In this document: positions 19,697 through 30,446 of the stretch, in pieces
Layout: each line of letters opens with the position of its first letter
Numbering within the stretch: the stretch's first letter is position 1
From: Pseudidiomarina andamanensis
GTDB taxonomy: Bacteria > Pseudomonadota > Gammaproteobacteria > Enterobacterales > Alteromonadaceae
Direction: 5' to 3'
Length of the DNA stretch: 32,000 nucleotides
Assembly: GCF_009734345.1 (NCBI RefSeq)
Contig: NZ_CP032551.1
Span: 630,001 to 662,000 of the forward strand
The notes under the pieces: generated by a model
What the model saw: the letters and a program-made list of their open reading frames with translations, nothing else
What the model was told of the DNA's origin: nothing
The model's database searches: none
Program-made: the position numbers and the translations under genes

Positions 19697-20570
19697 AACC
19701 AATCGCTCCTTTTCCAACCCCCTCGAACCCAGTTACTTGTACCAATTCATCTGGGTGGCTTTGTTTGATGGCTTGTGCCAGATAGGTCGCGATACATTCC
19801 ACAGTTGAATCAGTCGGAATGATGTAATTCTCAGCAACAGGTACAAGTAACTCAAACAGTCCTTGATCGGCGGTATAGCTATATCCCACGTGACTTTGCT
19901 CAGTGATATGCTTAGCATGTTGCGAACGTTGTAGCTGTTCAATCGGGACCACATCTTCTTCCGAACCTAAGTAAATATCTTGCCAAGCGGACGCCCATTG
20001 TTGCTCCAGTGGCTCAGAACGAGTCCCATCTAAGGCAATATAAATGCGCGAACGATGACCATGGGCGATACGTTGGCAGTTACCGTCATGCTTTTTCAAG
20101 CCATGTGTATAATGATAGAACGCCCCTGGAATTTCTTCCGCGCGCAAATGAAGCTCTAGACCTTGCACGTTGTCAGGTAGCTCGCGTTTGATAACTGCTC
20201 GCAAATAATCGGTTACCGATGCCATAGTTACTTGTTGCGCGTCGATAAAGGCAAACGCATCGGCTGGACAAAATAAATGAATCGAGCGCTGATCAGGCCG
20301 CATAAAATCAACCCAATAGCTGTTTCCGTCGTCGTGATGAGTGACTTGTGTGTAGGGATGTTCGGCTGGCACCGCAAGCTTATGATCGACCGCACCATCA
20401 ATAATGCGCTTGATTTGTTTTTTAACTCGACCAAAATCTAACACCATTGATTGCTCGTTCAGCGAGCCATCTAGAATAATATCAACAATCCAACTTTCTC
20501 CTACCATACCGCGCTCGGGGCACAAGTAAGAAAAATCAATAACTGTTAGATCGTTTACAAATAACTGCAT
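19689..20570 (-). CDS. 6-pyruvoyl-tetrahydropterin/6-carboxytetrahydropterin synthase (PTPS/QueD) superfamily protein, long two-lobed form
   Basis: 293 aa from MQLFVNDLTVIDFSY. PTPS-like elements are MVLDFGRVKKQIKRIID and C..IAHGHRSRI. The upstream 29 codons of the track ORF are judged spurious. Confidence 0.65.
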   Translation of the reverse strand: MQLFVNDLTVIDFSYLCPERGMVGESWIVDIILDGSLNEQSMVLDFGRVKKQIKRIIDGAVDHKLAVPAEHPYTQVTHHDDGNSYWVDFMRPDQRSIHLFCPADAFAFIDAQQVTMASVTDYLRAVIKRELPDNVQGLELHLRAEEIPGAFYHYTHGLKKHDGNCQRIAHGHRSRIYIALDGTRSEPLEQQWASAWQDIYLGSEEDVVPIEQLQRSQHAKHITEQSHVGYSYTADQGLFELLVPVAENYIIPTDSTVECIATYLAQAIKQSHPDELVQVTGFEGVGKGAIGYA

Positions 20571-20620
20571 AATTGTCTCTAATTTCTCAAAAAATAAGCT
20601 CGCGCAAAGTATACCACCGC

Positions 20621-21289
20621 CTATGGCGTAGCGATAACTTTGATCAATACAAACCAATCATAAATAAGTTTTGCACTGAGCAGCAGCAAAGCTGCACCCA
20701 TGGCGCGATCTATCCAATGGCTGATGGCCCATAAACGGCGATAGAACGGACCCCACGTGATTAATGTGGCAAGCAAAGTAAACCAGATGCCCGTCGCTAT
20801 AGCCATGTATATCCCATAAAATAGTTTGACGCCTGTCGGTGTGGCTGGGTCGATAACCGTACTAAACAAAGCCAAAAAGAATAGCGTTGCTTTAACATTC
20901 AAACCATTTGTTAAAAAACCAACTCGAAACGCTTTGGCAGCGCTGATGTGATTTCTCTGCGCATGATGCTCTGGTGCTTTATCCTGGCGCGGTTGCGCTT
21001 GAATAGCTTGCCACCCTAGCCAGCCTAAATAACCAGCACCAACAAGCAATAACGTGCCATAAACCCAGGTATAACGATGAATAATTAACGCCACGCCAAG
21101 CACAGAATAGGCAACATGTAACAAAATGCCGGTGCCAATGCCAAGTGCAACCCAACGGCCGACTTGTCGCCCAAAGCTCATGCTATACCGCGTGGTAACA
21201 GCAAAGTCAGGCCCTGGGCTGGCTACCGCTAATAAATGCAGGGTGGCGATAGTTAAAAACTCCGCCCAATAGATTGCTAAATATTCCAT
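20621..21289 (-). CDS. LysE/RhtB family amino-acid exporter
   Basis: 222 aa with six hydrophobic segments. The N-terminal SPGPDF motif is typical of LysE/RhtB. Divergent from a LysR regulator. Confidence 0.85.
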   Translation of the reverse strand: MEYLAIYWAEFLTIATLHLLAVASPGPDFAVTTRYSMSFGRQVGRWVALGIGTGILLHVAYSVLGVALIIHRYTWVYGTLLLVGAGYLGWLGWQAIQAQPRQDKAPEHHAQRNHISAAKAFRVGFLTNGLNVKATLFFLALFSTVIDPATPTGVKLFYGIYMAIATGIWFTLLATLITWGPFYRRLWAISHWIDRAMGAALLLLSAKLIYDWFVLIKVIATP

Positions 21290-22217
21290 TCTGATTTACT
21301 TTAAGTTAATTGGTTTTAGCGCTGGAATTCTATGATGAAACAACAGAAACTCCCTTCTCTCAATGCGTTACGCGTTTTTGCCGTCGCCGCTCATGCCGAC
21401 AGTTTTAAACAAGCTGCTCAGCAGTTAGGTGTGTCACAGTCAAACATTACACGTCAAATTCAAGCACTTGAAGAACAGTTAGGAACACGCTTGTTTCAAC
21501 GTGATAACCGTGTTCATGCACTTACTATGGCCGGCGAAACTCTCGCTCCAGATCTTCTGCGACTATTCCGTGAGCTTGACCGCACGGTTGACCGTGCCCG
21601 AAATATCGGCGATAGCGAAGCCACAACACTGCGTATTGCCCTACCAGAAAGTTTTCTTCGCTGGTGGTTATCGAGTCGACTTGCCGAGTTTTACACGTTA
21701 TATCCGCATATTCAGGTACAATTCAACACCGTGTCATTATTCCCCGATGCATCAGAGCGAGCGAACATTTGTTCTGATCTGCAACATGAACAGCTAGATA
21801 TTGCACTGCATTATGGGCAACTTCGCGATCAGGCTTTAAAACAGGTGCCATTATACACGCCAACTTATGTTCCAGTCGCCCCTATTGAAAGCGAAAGTCC
21901 ATTAGCGTCGCGACCATGGTATGTCGACCAAAAAGCGCCCTACTGGCAGCACTTCAAAAAAGCGCAATCGCATCTCGCGCGGCAGTTGCAGACGCGTCAT
22001 GTCGGCAACAGTAATATTGCGATCGATTTATTACACGGTACTGACCATATCACCCTCGTTGATCAGCTTTATTTAACCCATCCATTGTTACAGCAATTTG
22101 CGAAACATACCGAGTATCAGGTGACGCTTCCAGAACCTATCGCTCTTGCAGTCAAACAGCGTCAACGGCAACCGGTTGCGCTCGTAGCCTTTACAAAATG
22201 GCTGCAAGCACGATTAA

Positions 22218-23727
<1,510 letters not shown>

Positions 23728-23754
23728 TGTTGGGAAAGCTTATACACAACATAT

Positions 23755-23785
23755 AAAAAGCCCCCGCTTTTGGCGAGGGCTTTTG
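23755..23785 (-). terminator. Rho-independent terminator downstream of the CBS-domain gene
   Basis: Minus strand reads AAAAGCCCTCGC-caaaa-GCGGGGGCTTTTT, 15 nt after the stop at 23800. Confidence 0.7.
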
Positions 23786-23799
23786 TTGATTTTATTCTC

Positions 23800-24393
23800 T
23801 TATATCGAATTATCAGAATGTTTAATCGCACTATATACTTCAGCAAAACTCGTGGCGCGAGGATATAAGCGCACAGATTCACCAGTGACAGCTAAAATTC
23901 GTAAAGATACAATCATACCGTACAATGTATCGCTCTCAGTTATGGCAATAAAGTCACAACCAGCTTCTTGCATAGTCGCTGCAATATCGCCGATGCGAGC
24001 CTGCTTAACCTGTGTCAATGTGATGGATGGTAATCGACGTAATGGTGTCATGATATAACCAACCGTTAGCTCATGCCATGGTAGCTGGAGCAAATTTGCA
24101 ACGACACCACTTTGACGACCGTGTAAATCGCGTGCCATCAACACTCCGACAATGCTATTTTCGCTATCAATGACAGCAGCATAACGTTTGTCTGAGCGAC
24201 TTAATAAATGCTCTGCATCGCCGACACCCATGGATATCGGCAATACCGCAAGCTCCGAACTATTTAAATGATCAACCACATGCAACGCACTTTGATGCCA
24301 ATCTAAATATTTAGGCGTCAAACTCTGCTCAGGCAACGGCAAAAAATGATCAGCAGGAACAGGTTCCCACCGCAATGCGTGAAATTCAGACAT
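23800..24393 (-). CDS. CBS-domain pair protein
   Basis: 197 aa with two CBS-like motifs (AVIDSENSIVGVLMARDL and FIAITESDTLYGMIVSLRIL). Function unknown. Confidence 0.65.
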   Translation of the reverse strand: MSEFHALRWEPVPADHFLPLPEQSLTPKYLDWHQSALHVVDHLNSSELAVLPISMGVGDAEHLLSRSDKRYAAVIDSENSIVGVLMARDLHGRQSGVVANLLQLPWHELTVGYIMTPLRRLPSITLTQVKQARIGDIAATMQEAGCDFIAITESDTLYGMIVSLRILAVTGESVRLYPRATSFAEVYSAIKHSDNSI

Positions 24394-24436
24394 AACTTAC
24401 CTCTGTTTAATAATAATGAATTATTTAGTCGTCAAA

Positions 24437-24727
24437 CTAAGCGACCAACAGAGGTGGGCCTCGCACGTAGTAACGTTGTTTATGCGGTTTTATATCAACC
24501 AGATAAATAACAGCGTTAATGCGTTGAAAAGTAACAGAGGGAATTACATGATTCTCACCAACAGCAACGTCATCTGATTCCTCCGACGATTGCCGTTCTG
24601 GCGCAACAAACGATGCAAATGAATCTTGTGTGAGCTGATAACCATCAACAGTCGTAAGCGCACCCTGCGGACTGAGCCACAGTAACGACACGACAATGGG
24701 AAATAAGCATGCTCGAAATAGATTCAC
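24437..24727 (-). CDS. Hypothetical small secreted protein
   Basis: 96 aa ORF with a signal-like N-terminus (MNLFRACLFPIVVSLLWLS). Lies upstream of the CBS gene on the same strand. I recognise no family. Confidence 0.35.
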   Translation of the reverse strand: MNLFRACLFPIVVSLLWLSPQGALTTVDGYQLTQDSFASFVAPERQSSEESDDVAVGENHVIPSVTFQRINAVIYLVDIKPHKQRYYVRGPPLLVA

Positions 24728-24820
24728 GGATAATCTTCAGTCATTGATATACGTCAAAGATAAGGACGTATCTCGAAGATAACAAGGCGTTGAGATAAAA
24801 ATAATGAACTTCAAAAAGAA

Positions 24821-24907
24821 TGGTGCCCGGGGCCGGACTTGAACCGGCACGCTGTTACCAGCGAGGGATTTTAAATCCCTTGTGTCTACCAATTTCACCA
24901 CCCGGGC
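24821..24907 (-). tRNA. leuZ: tRNA-Leu (anticodon TAA), 87 nt including CCA
   Basis: The reverse complement GCCCGGGTGGTGAAATTGGTAGACACAAGGGATTTAAAATCCCTCGCTGGTAACAGCGTGCCGGTTCAAGTCCGGCCCCGGGCACCA folds as a class II tRNA and is close to E. coli leuZ. Confidence 0.95.
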
Positions 24908-24935
24908 ATTCTGTAAAGCCTGAGGTCTTCTTCAA

Positions 24936-25009
24936 TGGAGGCGGGTCCCGGAGTCGAACCGAGATCCACGGATTTGCAATCCGCTGCATAGCCATTCTGC
25001 CAACCCGCC
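24936..25009 (-). tRNA. cysT: tRNA-Cys (anticodon GCA), 74 nt including CCA
   Basis: The reverse complement GGCGGGTTGGCAGAATGGCTATGCAGCGGATTGCAAATCCGTGGATCTCGGTTCGACTCCGGGACCCGCCTCCA is close to E. coli cysT. Confidence 0.95.
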
Positions 25010-25017
25010 ATTGAATT

Positions 25018-25092
25018 TGGAGCGGGAAACGAGATTCGAACTCGCGACCCCAACCTTGGCAAGGTTGTGCTCTACCACTGAGCTATTCCCGC
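25018..25092 (-). tRNA. glyW: tRNA-Gly (anticodon GCC), 75 nt including CCA
   Basis: The reverse complement GCGGGAATAGCTCAGTGGTAGAGCACAACCTTGCCAAGGTTGGGGTCGCGAGTTCGAATCTCGTTTCCCGCTCCA is close to E. coli tRNA-Gly(GCC). Confidence 0.95.
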
Positions 25093-25107
25093 ATCCAGTG
25101 CTTGCGC

Positions 25108-25135
25108 ATTCTACTGTCTATTTCGGCGAGGTCAA
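25108..25135 (-). promoter_or_regulatory. Probable sigma-70 promoter of the glyW-cysT-leuZ tRNA operon
   Basis: Minus strand reads TTGACC, a 16-nt spacer, TAGAAT, then the GC-rich discriminator GCGCAAGC. The tRNA-Gly 5' end lies 15 nt after the -10 element. Confidence 0.55.
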
Positions 25136-25171
25136 CGACTTTTTCGCATGAAAGCGTTTGTTTGGCTATTT

Positions 25172-25720
25172 TTAATCCACTTGGCTTAAATCTGACCAAG
25201 CAGCGCGCAAATATTCCCACATTGACCATAACGTTAGAACAAATGCAGCATACAATAAAATCGTCGCGGTGACGATAACAAATGTATTCGCCTCCCAAAT
25301 TAATCCGCCAATGGCGACCATTTGTGCGATTGTCTTAAATTTGCCTAAATTAGAAACCTTCACCTGTTCTTGTCGACCAATCTGCGCCATCCATTCGCGC
25401 AAGGCTGAAATCACTAGCTCACGACTGATCATCGTTAACGCCGGAATACTAATCCACCAGCTCGCATAGTGTTCGACCACAACCACCAGAGACGCAGCAA
25501 CCATGACTTTATCAGCCACTGGGTCTAAAAACGCACCGAACTTGGTAAATTGATTAAATTTCCTCGCTACCCAGCCATCAAGAGCATCCGTAATACCAGC
25601 AATTGCAAAAACAAATGCAGCCCAAAAGTGTGCATCTTGACCGGGTAAATAATAAATAATCAGAAATACAGGGATCAGTATGATCCGAAAGCTAGTCAGA
25701 ACGTTTGGAATGTTCCACAT
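25172..25720 (-). CDS. pgsA: CDP-diacylglycerol--glycerol-3-phosphate 3-phosphatidyltransferase
   Basis: 182 aa, MWNIPNVLTSFRI...DALDGWVARK...FGAFLDPVADK (CDP-alcohol phosphatidyltransferase motif). Synteny uvrC-pgsA-glyW matches E. coli. Confidence 0.93.
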   Translation of the reverse strand: MWNIPNVLTSFRIILIPVFLIIYYLPGQDAHFWAAFVFAIAGITDALDGWVARKFNQFTKFGAFLDPVADKVMVAASLVVVVEHYASWWISIPALTMISRELVISALREWMAQIGRQEQVKVSNLGKFKTIAQMVAIGGLIWEANTFVIVTATILLYAAFVLTLWSMWEYLRAAWSDLSQVD

Positions 25721-25735
25721 GAATGATTTTGTCCT

Positions 25736-27601
25736 CTATTCATCACGAAATGCATGGTAGATTGTTTCAGCCAATTCGCGACTAATTCCTGGCACCGCTA
25801 TAAGTTGCTCAATACTAGCTTGTTTTACTTCCTGTAATCCACCTAGATTTTGCAATAATTTTTGCCGACGCTTGGCCCCTATTCCCGGAATGTCCTCCAG
25901 TTTTGAGGTGCGCCTTACCTTGGCTCGACGTTGTCGGTGCCCAGTAATAGCAAAACGATGTGATTCATCGCGAATGTGTTGCACCAAATGCAGCGCGGGA
26001 GCGTCAGCCGCAAGCGGCACCGTTTCATGGCTACCGGCAAGAATTAATGTTTCTAATCCAGGCTTACGTGATTCGCCTTTCGCGACGCCAATTAGCAGCG
26101 GCGGTTTCACACCGGCCTCATTACCCCAGTCATTAAAATAGGCTTCTGCTTGCGCTAATTGTCCTTTACCACCATCGATAAACAGAATATCTGGAATGGC
26201 TGTTTTACCTTCATCGCTTAATAATGCTGCATCAAATCGTCGTTGTAGCGCTTGCGCCATAGCTGCGTAATCGTCACCTGGTGTTATCCCTTTGATATTG
26301 AATCGTCGATAATCTGATTTTTTCGGCCCCTGACGGTCGAATACCACACATGACGCGACAGTTTCTTGCCCCATAGTATGACTAATATCAAAACATTCCA
26401 TGCGTTGAATGGGATTTTCAAGATCAAGTACCTGTTCGAGCTGCTGCAAACGCATTACCATCGTGTTTTCTTGATTAAGCTTACTCTCAAGCGCATTTAA
26501 TGCGTTTTTTTGAGCTAATACTTGGTATTGTTTTCGCTCGCCTCGTACGTTGTGAGTCATGCGAACTTTTTGTGCAAGCGCTTGTTCGAGTACCTGTAGA
26601 TCATGTTCAGGATCAAGTACCTGTGCTGCATTTGCTTCGGGCAAAATAATTTCGCGGGGTAATCGACGTCCGACCTGATCATTGAGGTAAAACTGCAGCA
26701 TAAATGCAAGTAATATTTCTGAGTCGTCGGTATTGGCGGGAACTTTTGGAAAGTAACTCCGACTTCCCTGCACAGCCCCTTCGCGAATGAATAATAGGTG
26801 CACAGCTGCGATACCACCGCGACGAATGAAACCAATAACATCCAGTTCTTGTTGATTGCCTGTTACCGCATTACGTTCTTGTACCTTGCGCATAGCTGCA
26901 ATTTGGTCACGAAATCGAGCCGCACGCTCAAAATCGAGCGATTCACTGGCTTGTTCCATACGTTGTACAAGCTGGTCAATCACCTGTTGATTTTTGCCTT
27001 GTAAGAAAGCCTTCGCTAAATCAACTTGTTCTTGATATTCATCATCTGTGCAATATCCCTCGACGCAAGGTGCTAAACAACGTTTCAGCTGATATTGCAA
27101 ACACGGTCGGCTGCGTGCGCGATAATAAGAATCTTCGCATTGACGAACGGGAAAAATTTTCTGCATAAGGCGCAAACTTTCGCGAACAGCCACGCCACTT
27201 GGAAATGGCCCGAAATAGTCTCCCTTTTCACGACGCGCACCACGATGAAACGCCAGCCGTGGGTGTTGATGTGCGCTGACGAAAATATATGGATAGGATT
27301 TGTCATCGCGCAACAACACGTTATAGCGCGGTCGGTATTTTTTAATGAAGTTATTTTCAAGAATTAATGCTTCGGCTTCAGTATTGGTAACCGTCACATC
27401 CATAGACACAATTTGTTTGACTAAGGTTTGCGTCTTTGGCGTGTCAATATTTTGCCGAAAATAACTGCTGACACGCTTCTTAAGATCTTTCGCCTTTCCA
27501 ACATATATAACAACACCATCGCTATCGTACATCCGGTACACGCCCGGTTGATGGGTCAAATGCTGAATAAATGCCTTGGAGTTAAATTGCGAATCAGTCA
27601 T
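25736..27601 (-). CDS. uvrC: Excinuclease ABC subunit C
   Basis: 621 aa with an N-terminal GIY-YIG domain ([29 protein letters not shown]), UVR domain, endonuclease domain and C-terminal (HhH)2 domain. The start overlaps the stop of the upstream regulator gene. Confidence 0.93.
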   Translation of the reverse strand: MTDSQFNSKAFIQHLTHQPGVYRMYDSDGVVIYVGKAKDLKKRVSSYFRQNIDTPKTQTLVKQIVSMDVTVTNTEAEALILENNFIKKYRPRYNVLLRDDKSYPYIFVSAHQHPRLAFHRGARREKGDYFGPFPSGVAVRESLRLMQKIFPVRQCEDSYYRARSRPCLQYQLKRCLAPCVEGYCTDDEYQEQVDLAKAFLQGKNQQVIDQLVQRMEQASESLDFERAARFRDQIAAMRKVQERNAVTGNQQELDVIGFIRRGGIAAVHLLFIREGAVQGSRSYFPKVPANTDDSEILLAFMLQFYLNDQVGRRLPREIILPEANAAQVLDPEHDLQVLEQALAQKVRMTHNVRGERKQYQVLAQKNALNALESKLNQENTMVMRLQQLEQVLDLENPIQRMECFDISHTMGQETVASCVVFDRQGPKKSDYRRFNIKGITPGDDYAAMAQALQRRFDAALLSDEGKTAIPDILFIDGGKGQLAQAEAYFNDWGNEAGVKPPLLIGVAKGESRKPGLETLILAGSHETVPLAADAPALHLVQHIRDESHRFAITGHRQRRAKVRRTSKLEDIPGIGAKRRQKLLQNLGGLQEVKQASIEQLIAVPGISRELAETIYHAFRDE

Positions 27602-28253
27602 ACCTTTGCGTTGGGTCTATTTCAACAAGCCCTGATTGTATCGCAAGATGCGTTAATTCGACATCTCCTGCGACACCAAGTTTGCTAAAAATACGATAAC
27701 GGAAGGTATTTACTGTTTTACTACTAATATTCAGATACTTGGCAATATCCACTACGCGAATGCCGCGCCCTAGCATTTGGGTCACTTGCAACTCACGATC
27801 ACTTAGTGATTTAAGTAGCCGTCGAAAGCTTTGACTGCGAGGGTTTTTCGCCAGATATTCAGCAACCTCACTCGCAACATACATTTGACCACGGCTCACA
27901 TTGGCACATGCCCGTTCAAACTCTTCATAACGAGCATTCGCTAACAAAAAGCCATCTACTTTGTTGGTGTTACATTGAAAATCCAGTACATCTTGAAAAT
28001 TTTCAGCCCAGAGAATGATCTGAAGATCAGTGTGTCGTCGGTGTAAACGGCGCCAACTTTCTATCGTCCCATCACCTGCAAGTTGACTAGATAAAATGAC
28101 AGCTGCAAACGGATGATTTTTTACCTCATCACGTAAATCATTTATGGTCGAAACACTTGCTACTACTCGGTATTTATTATTATGTGAGCTTAGTGTTGTA
28201 TACATTCCTGCACGCAACAAATCACTCGGTATTGCAATGATAAAGTCGGTCAT
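27594..28253 (-). CDS. uvrY: UvrY/GacA-like LuxR-family regulator with a degenerate (pseudo-)receiver domain
   Basis: The C-terminal HTH is very close to E. coli UvrY (LSDRELQV...[32 protein letters not shown]), and its position upstream of uvrC, with overlap, matches uvrY. In the N-terminal domain the conserved DD, D54, T82 and K104 equivalents are replaced (see finding). Confidence 0.85.
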   Translation of the reverse strand: MTDFIIAIPSDLLRAGMYTTLSSHNNKYRVVASVSTINDLRDEVKNHPFAAVILSSQLAGDGTIESWRRLHRRHTDLQIILWAENFQDVLDFQCNTNKVDGFLLANARYEEFERACANVSRGQMYVASEVAEYLAKNPRSQSFRRLLKSLSDRELQVTQMLGRGIRVVDIAKYLNISSKTVNTFRYRIFSKLGVAGDVELTHLAIQSGLVEIDPTQRYD

Positions 28254-28393
28254 GACGACACGTTCCTTGTGTGGTTAACTTAGCAACTTGTTCACTAAGT
28301 GAACTCAGATATGACCTATTATTGACCTAAAATCAACAATAAATTCATAAAATTACATCACAATCAGCGAATAACTTACAAAGTGAAGAAAAG

Positions 28394-29185
28394 CTAACCA
28401 AACACCGTCACGGTTTGTCGGCTGATGGCGACTAATTTACCGTGATCATCCCATATATGCGCATGGGTATGCCCATAACCGTCTGCGGCGTAATCGATAT
28501 AAGCAACATATTGCCACCAATCATGACTGCTCTTTTGCGAATCAATGGGTTCTGGAAACTCAATAGTCCATGTCAATGAGCTCGCTGGAGCCGGTTCACT
28601 CAAATGTGGTAACAACGCTGGTGGCCATGCATCGACTAAACCGAGCAGTAATCCAATTGTCATCGGTTGTTGTTCGTTGCTATATCGCATCCAACCACCA
28701 AATTCGCGTGATTTATTGCCCGTAAAAGGCAACCCACCTACCGCTACCGAATAATCGTAATGATGGGTAAATTCAGGCAGCGCTGCTATTTTCGGAAATC
28801 CTGGTCCGTGTTCTCGAGAAGGTACTTGTGCTGTTGGCGTATCGGTAACGCGAACAGCTGAAGGGCGAGATCGTCCATAACTAGCTAGGGCAGCAAGGAC
28901 AACTGCGTTATTTTGCTCAATCTCGACAGCAATTTGCGTGACGTTTTTCCCTTCACGCAATACACGCCGCTTTAACACTGCCGTTCCGGGTTGAATTGGC
29001 GCGACAAAAGATACCGTAAATGCACGAAGCGCCTGCTCTGCACTGGCTCCATGATGCGCATGCTGCCATGCGATTGCCGCTGTAATTCCACCAAATAACG
29101 CACGCCCCTGCCCCCAACCTTCTGGAAGCTGAATGGTTTGCTCTGCTGATTGATCAATTTGCTTCAATACATCCGTAAATAACAT
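28394..29185 (-). CDS. Acyl-CoA thioesterase, TesB-like double hot-dog (thioesterase-like superfamily)
   Basis: 263 aa. The N-terminal pattern WGQGRALFGGITAAIA and the overall layout resemble TesB/PF13622-type thioesterases. GGAGG Shine-Dalgarno sequence lies 4 nt upstream of the ATG. Confidence 0.65.
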   Translation of the reverse strand: MLFTDVLKQIDQSAEQTIQLPEGWGQGRALFGGITAAIAWQHAHHGASAEQALRAFTVSFVAPIQPGTAVLKRRVLREGKNVTQIAVEIEQNNAVVLAALASYGRSRPSAVRVTDTPTAQVPSREHGPGFPKIAALPEFTHHYDYSVAVGGLPFTGNKSREFGGWMRYSNEQQPMTIGLLLGLVDAWPPALLPHLSEPAPASSLTWTIEFPEPIDSQKSSHDWWQYVAYIDYAADGYGHTHAHIWDDHGKLVAISRQTVTVFG

Positions 29186-29197
29186 AGAACCTCCAAG

Positions 29198-29336
29198 TTA
29201 GTTATTCGTTATTCGTTATTAGAAAAAGCAAAGACGAAAAACCAAAATCTCCACACCGTAAAGTGAGCAAAAACTGAGCGGTACACACCAGCGAGCCAAG
29301 CTCACGAATAACGAATAACGAACAACGAATAACGCT
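29198..29336. repeat. Inverted arrays of a 7-bp tandem repeat (TTATTCG / CGAATAA) flanking an ~84-bp spacer
   Basis: The left arm at 29201-29220 is G(TTATTCG)x2 TTATT. The right arm at 29305-29334 is CGAATAA CGAATAA CGAACAA CGAATAA CG. The arms are reverse complements of each other. The spacer contains a GTGAGC...GCTCAC inverted pair. Confidence 0.8.
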
Positions 29337-29399
29337 TTTGCCGTTAGTATACACAGGTAAGACCAGATGGAAACGTCAGAATTTACAGGAAGCTAGAAA

Positions 29400-29430
29400 C
29401 GAAAAAGCCCGCTCAATTGAGCGGGCTTTC
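29400..29430 (-). terminator. Rho-independent terminator downstream of tRNA-Ser
   Basis: Minus strand reads AAAGCCCGCTC-aatt-GAGCGGGCTTTTTC, starting 9 nt after the tRNA 3' end. Confidence 0.8.
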
Positions 29431-29437
29431 GAGAATA

Positions 29438-29530
<93 letters not shown>

Positions 29531-29566
29531 GCGGTCTTATGAGGTGTGTGCCTCAAGACGAAGCGA

Positions 29567-29595
29567 ATGATAAAGAGGTGAAACACGCTTGTAAA
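29567..29595 (-). promoter_or_regulatory. Candidate sigma-70 promoter for tRNA-Ser
   Basis: Minus strand reads TTTACA, a 17-nt spacer, TATCAT, then the GC-rich TCGCTTCG. It lies 36 nt upstream of the mature tRNA 5' end. Confidence 0.45.
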
Positions 29596-29758
29596 GGAAA
29601 AATTTAACTCAAGTGGATCGTTTGCTGGCATTTTATACAATCAGGATGCTTTTTCGCTTGAAAACATTGCCCTGTACCCCCATTTTTACGGTACACTGTG
29701 ATTAATTCATGAGAATAAAACACAGAATAAGATATTCAGGACAACAACGGAGATATAC

Positions 29759-30433
29759 ATGAGTAACCAAGCTCACATTTCAACCTCGCAGCGCAGTGAG
29801 ACAGTATTACAGACTAATAAAGTATTGCGTAATACGTATATGCTGCTCGGTCTTACCCTCGCATTTAGTGCGCTTACCGCATTCTTATCGGCGAGCATGA
29901 ATCTGCCTCACCCAGGCTTCATTATCACCTTGGTTGGCTTTTATGGCTTGTTGTTCTTAGTTCACAAAACTGCCAATAGCGGCGTTGGTTTAATTGCAAC
30001 ATTCGCTTTGACAGGCTTCATGGGCTACACCCTTGGGCCTATTCTTGGCATGATTAGCGCGATTGGTCCTGCTGGCGATCAGATTATTATGACCGCGCTG
30101 GGCGGCACCGCATTAATTTTCTTTGCGTTATCGGCTTACGTGCTAACAACGAAGAAAGATATGTCGTTTTTAGGCGGCATGATGATGGCGCTATTTGTTG
30201 TACTCATTGTCGCGTTTATCGCTAACATTTTCTTGAATATGCCGGCATTAAGCTTGACGTTGTCAGCGTTATTCATCTTGTTCTCAGCTGGTGCTATTTT
30301 AATGCAAACCAGTGCGATTATTCATGGTGGCGAGCGCAACTACGTTTTAGCAACCGTAACGCTTTACGTTTCTATTTATAATATCTTCGTCAGCCTATTG
30401 AATATTCTTATGGCATTCGGCGGCGACGAATAA
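29759..30433 (+). CDS. yccA: BAX inhibitor-1/YccA family membrane protein (FtsH modulator)
   Basis: 224 aa, nearly colinear with E. coli YccA (NKVLRNTYMLLGLTLAFSA..., YVLTTKKDMSFLGG, IIHGGERNYVLATVTLYVSIYNIFVSLL). Confidence 0.92.
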   Translation: MSNQAHISTSQRSETVLQTNKVLRNTYMLLGLTLAFSALTAFLSASMNLPHPGFIITLVGFYGLLFLVHKTANSGVGLIATFALTGFMGYTLGPILGMISAIGPAGDQIIMTALGGTALIFFALSAYVLTTKKDMSFLGGMMMALFVVLIVAFIANIFLNMPALSLTLSALFILFSAGAILMQTSAIIHGGERNYVLATVTLYVSIYNIFVSLLNILMAFGGDE

Positions 30434-30446
30434 GCAAGGAATACCC

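Noticed and set aside
24820-25298. Track ORFs 24820..25014 (+) and 25083..25298 (-), plus 29338..29607 (+), as possible small proteins.
   Set aside because: They are read across tRNA genes (Leu, Cys, Gly, Ser), the tRNA promoter or a terminator. The tRNA cloverleaves explain the sequence completely.
28290-28329. A GTTCAC-taa-GTGAAC palindrome (28290-28304) and a TGACCTA direct repeat spaced 11 bp apart (28312-28318 and 28323-28329), both upstream of the uvrY-like gene, as operator sites.
   Set aside because: A 6-3-6 palindrome and a single 7-mer duplication are expected by chance several times in 32 kb. Neither matches a consensus that I know (not LexA, CRP or FNR). I note them only as candidates in case the pseudo-receiver gene is followed up.
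28368-28375. A lone CGAATAAC octamer downstream of the thioesterase gene, as a third copy of the heptamer repeat.
   Set aside because: It is a single unit with no tandem context. About one chance occurrence of an 8-mer is expected over both strands of this window.
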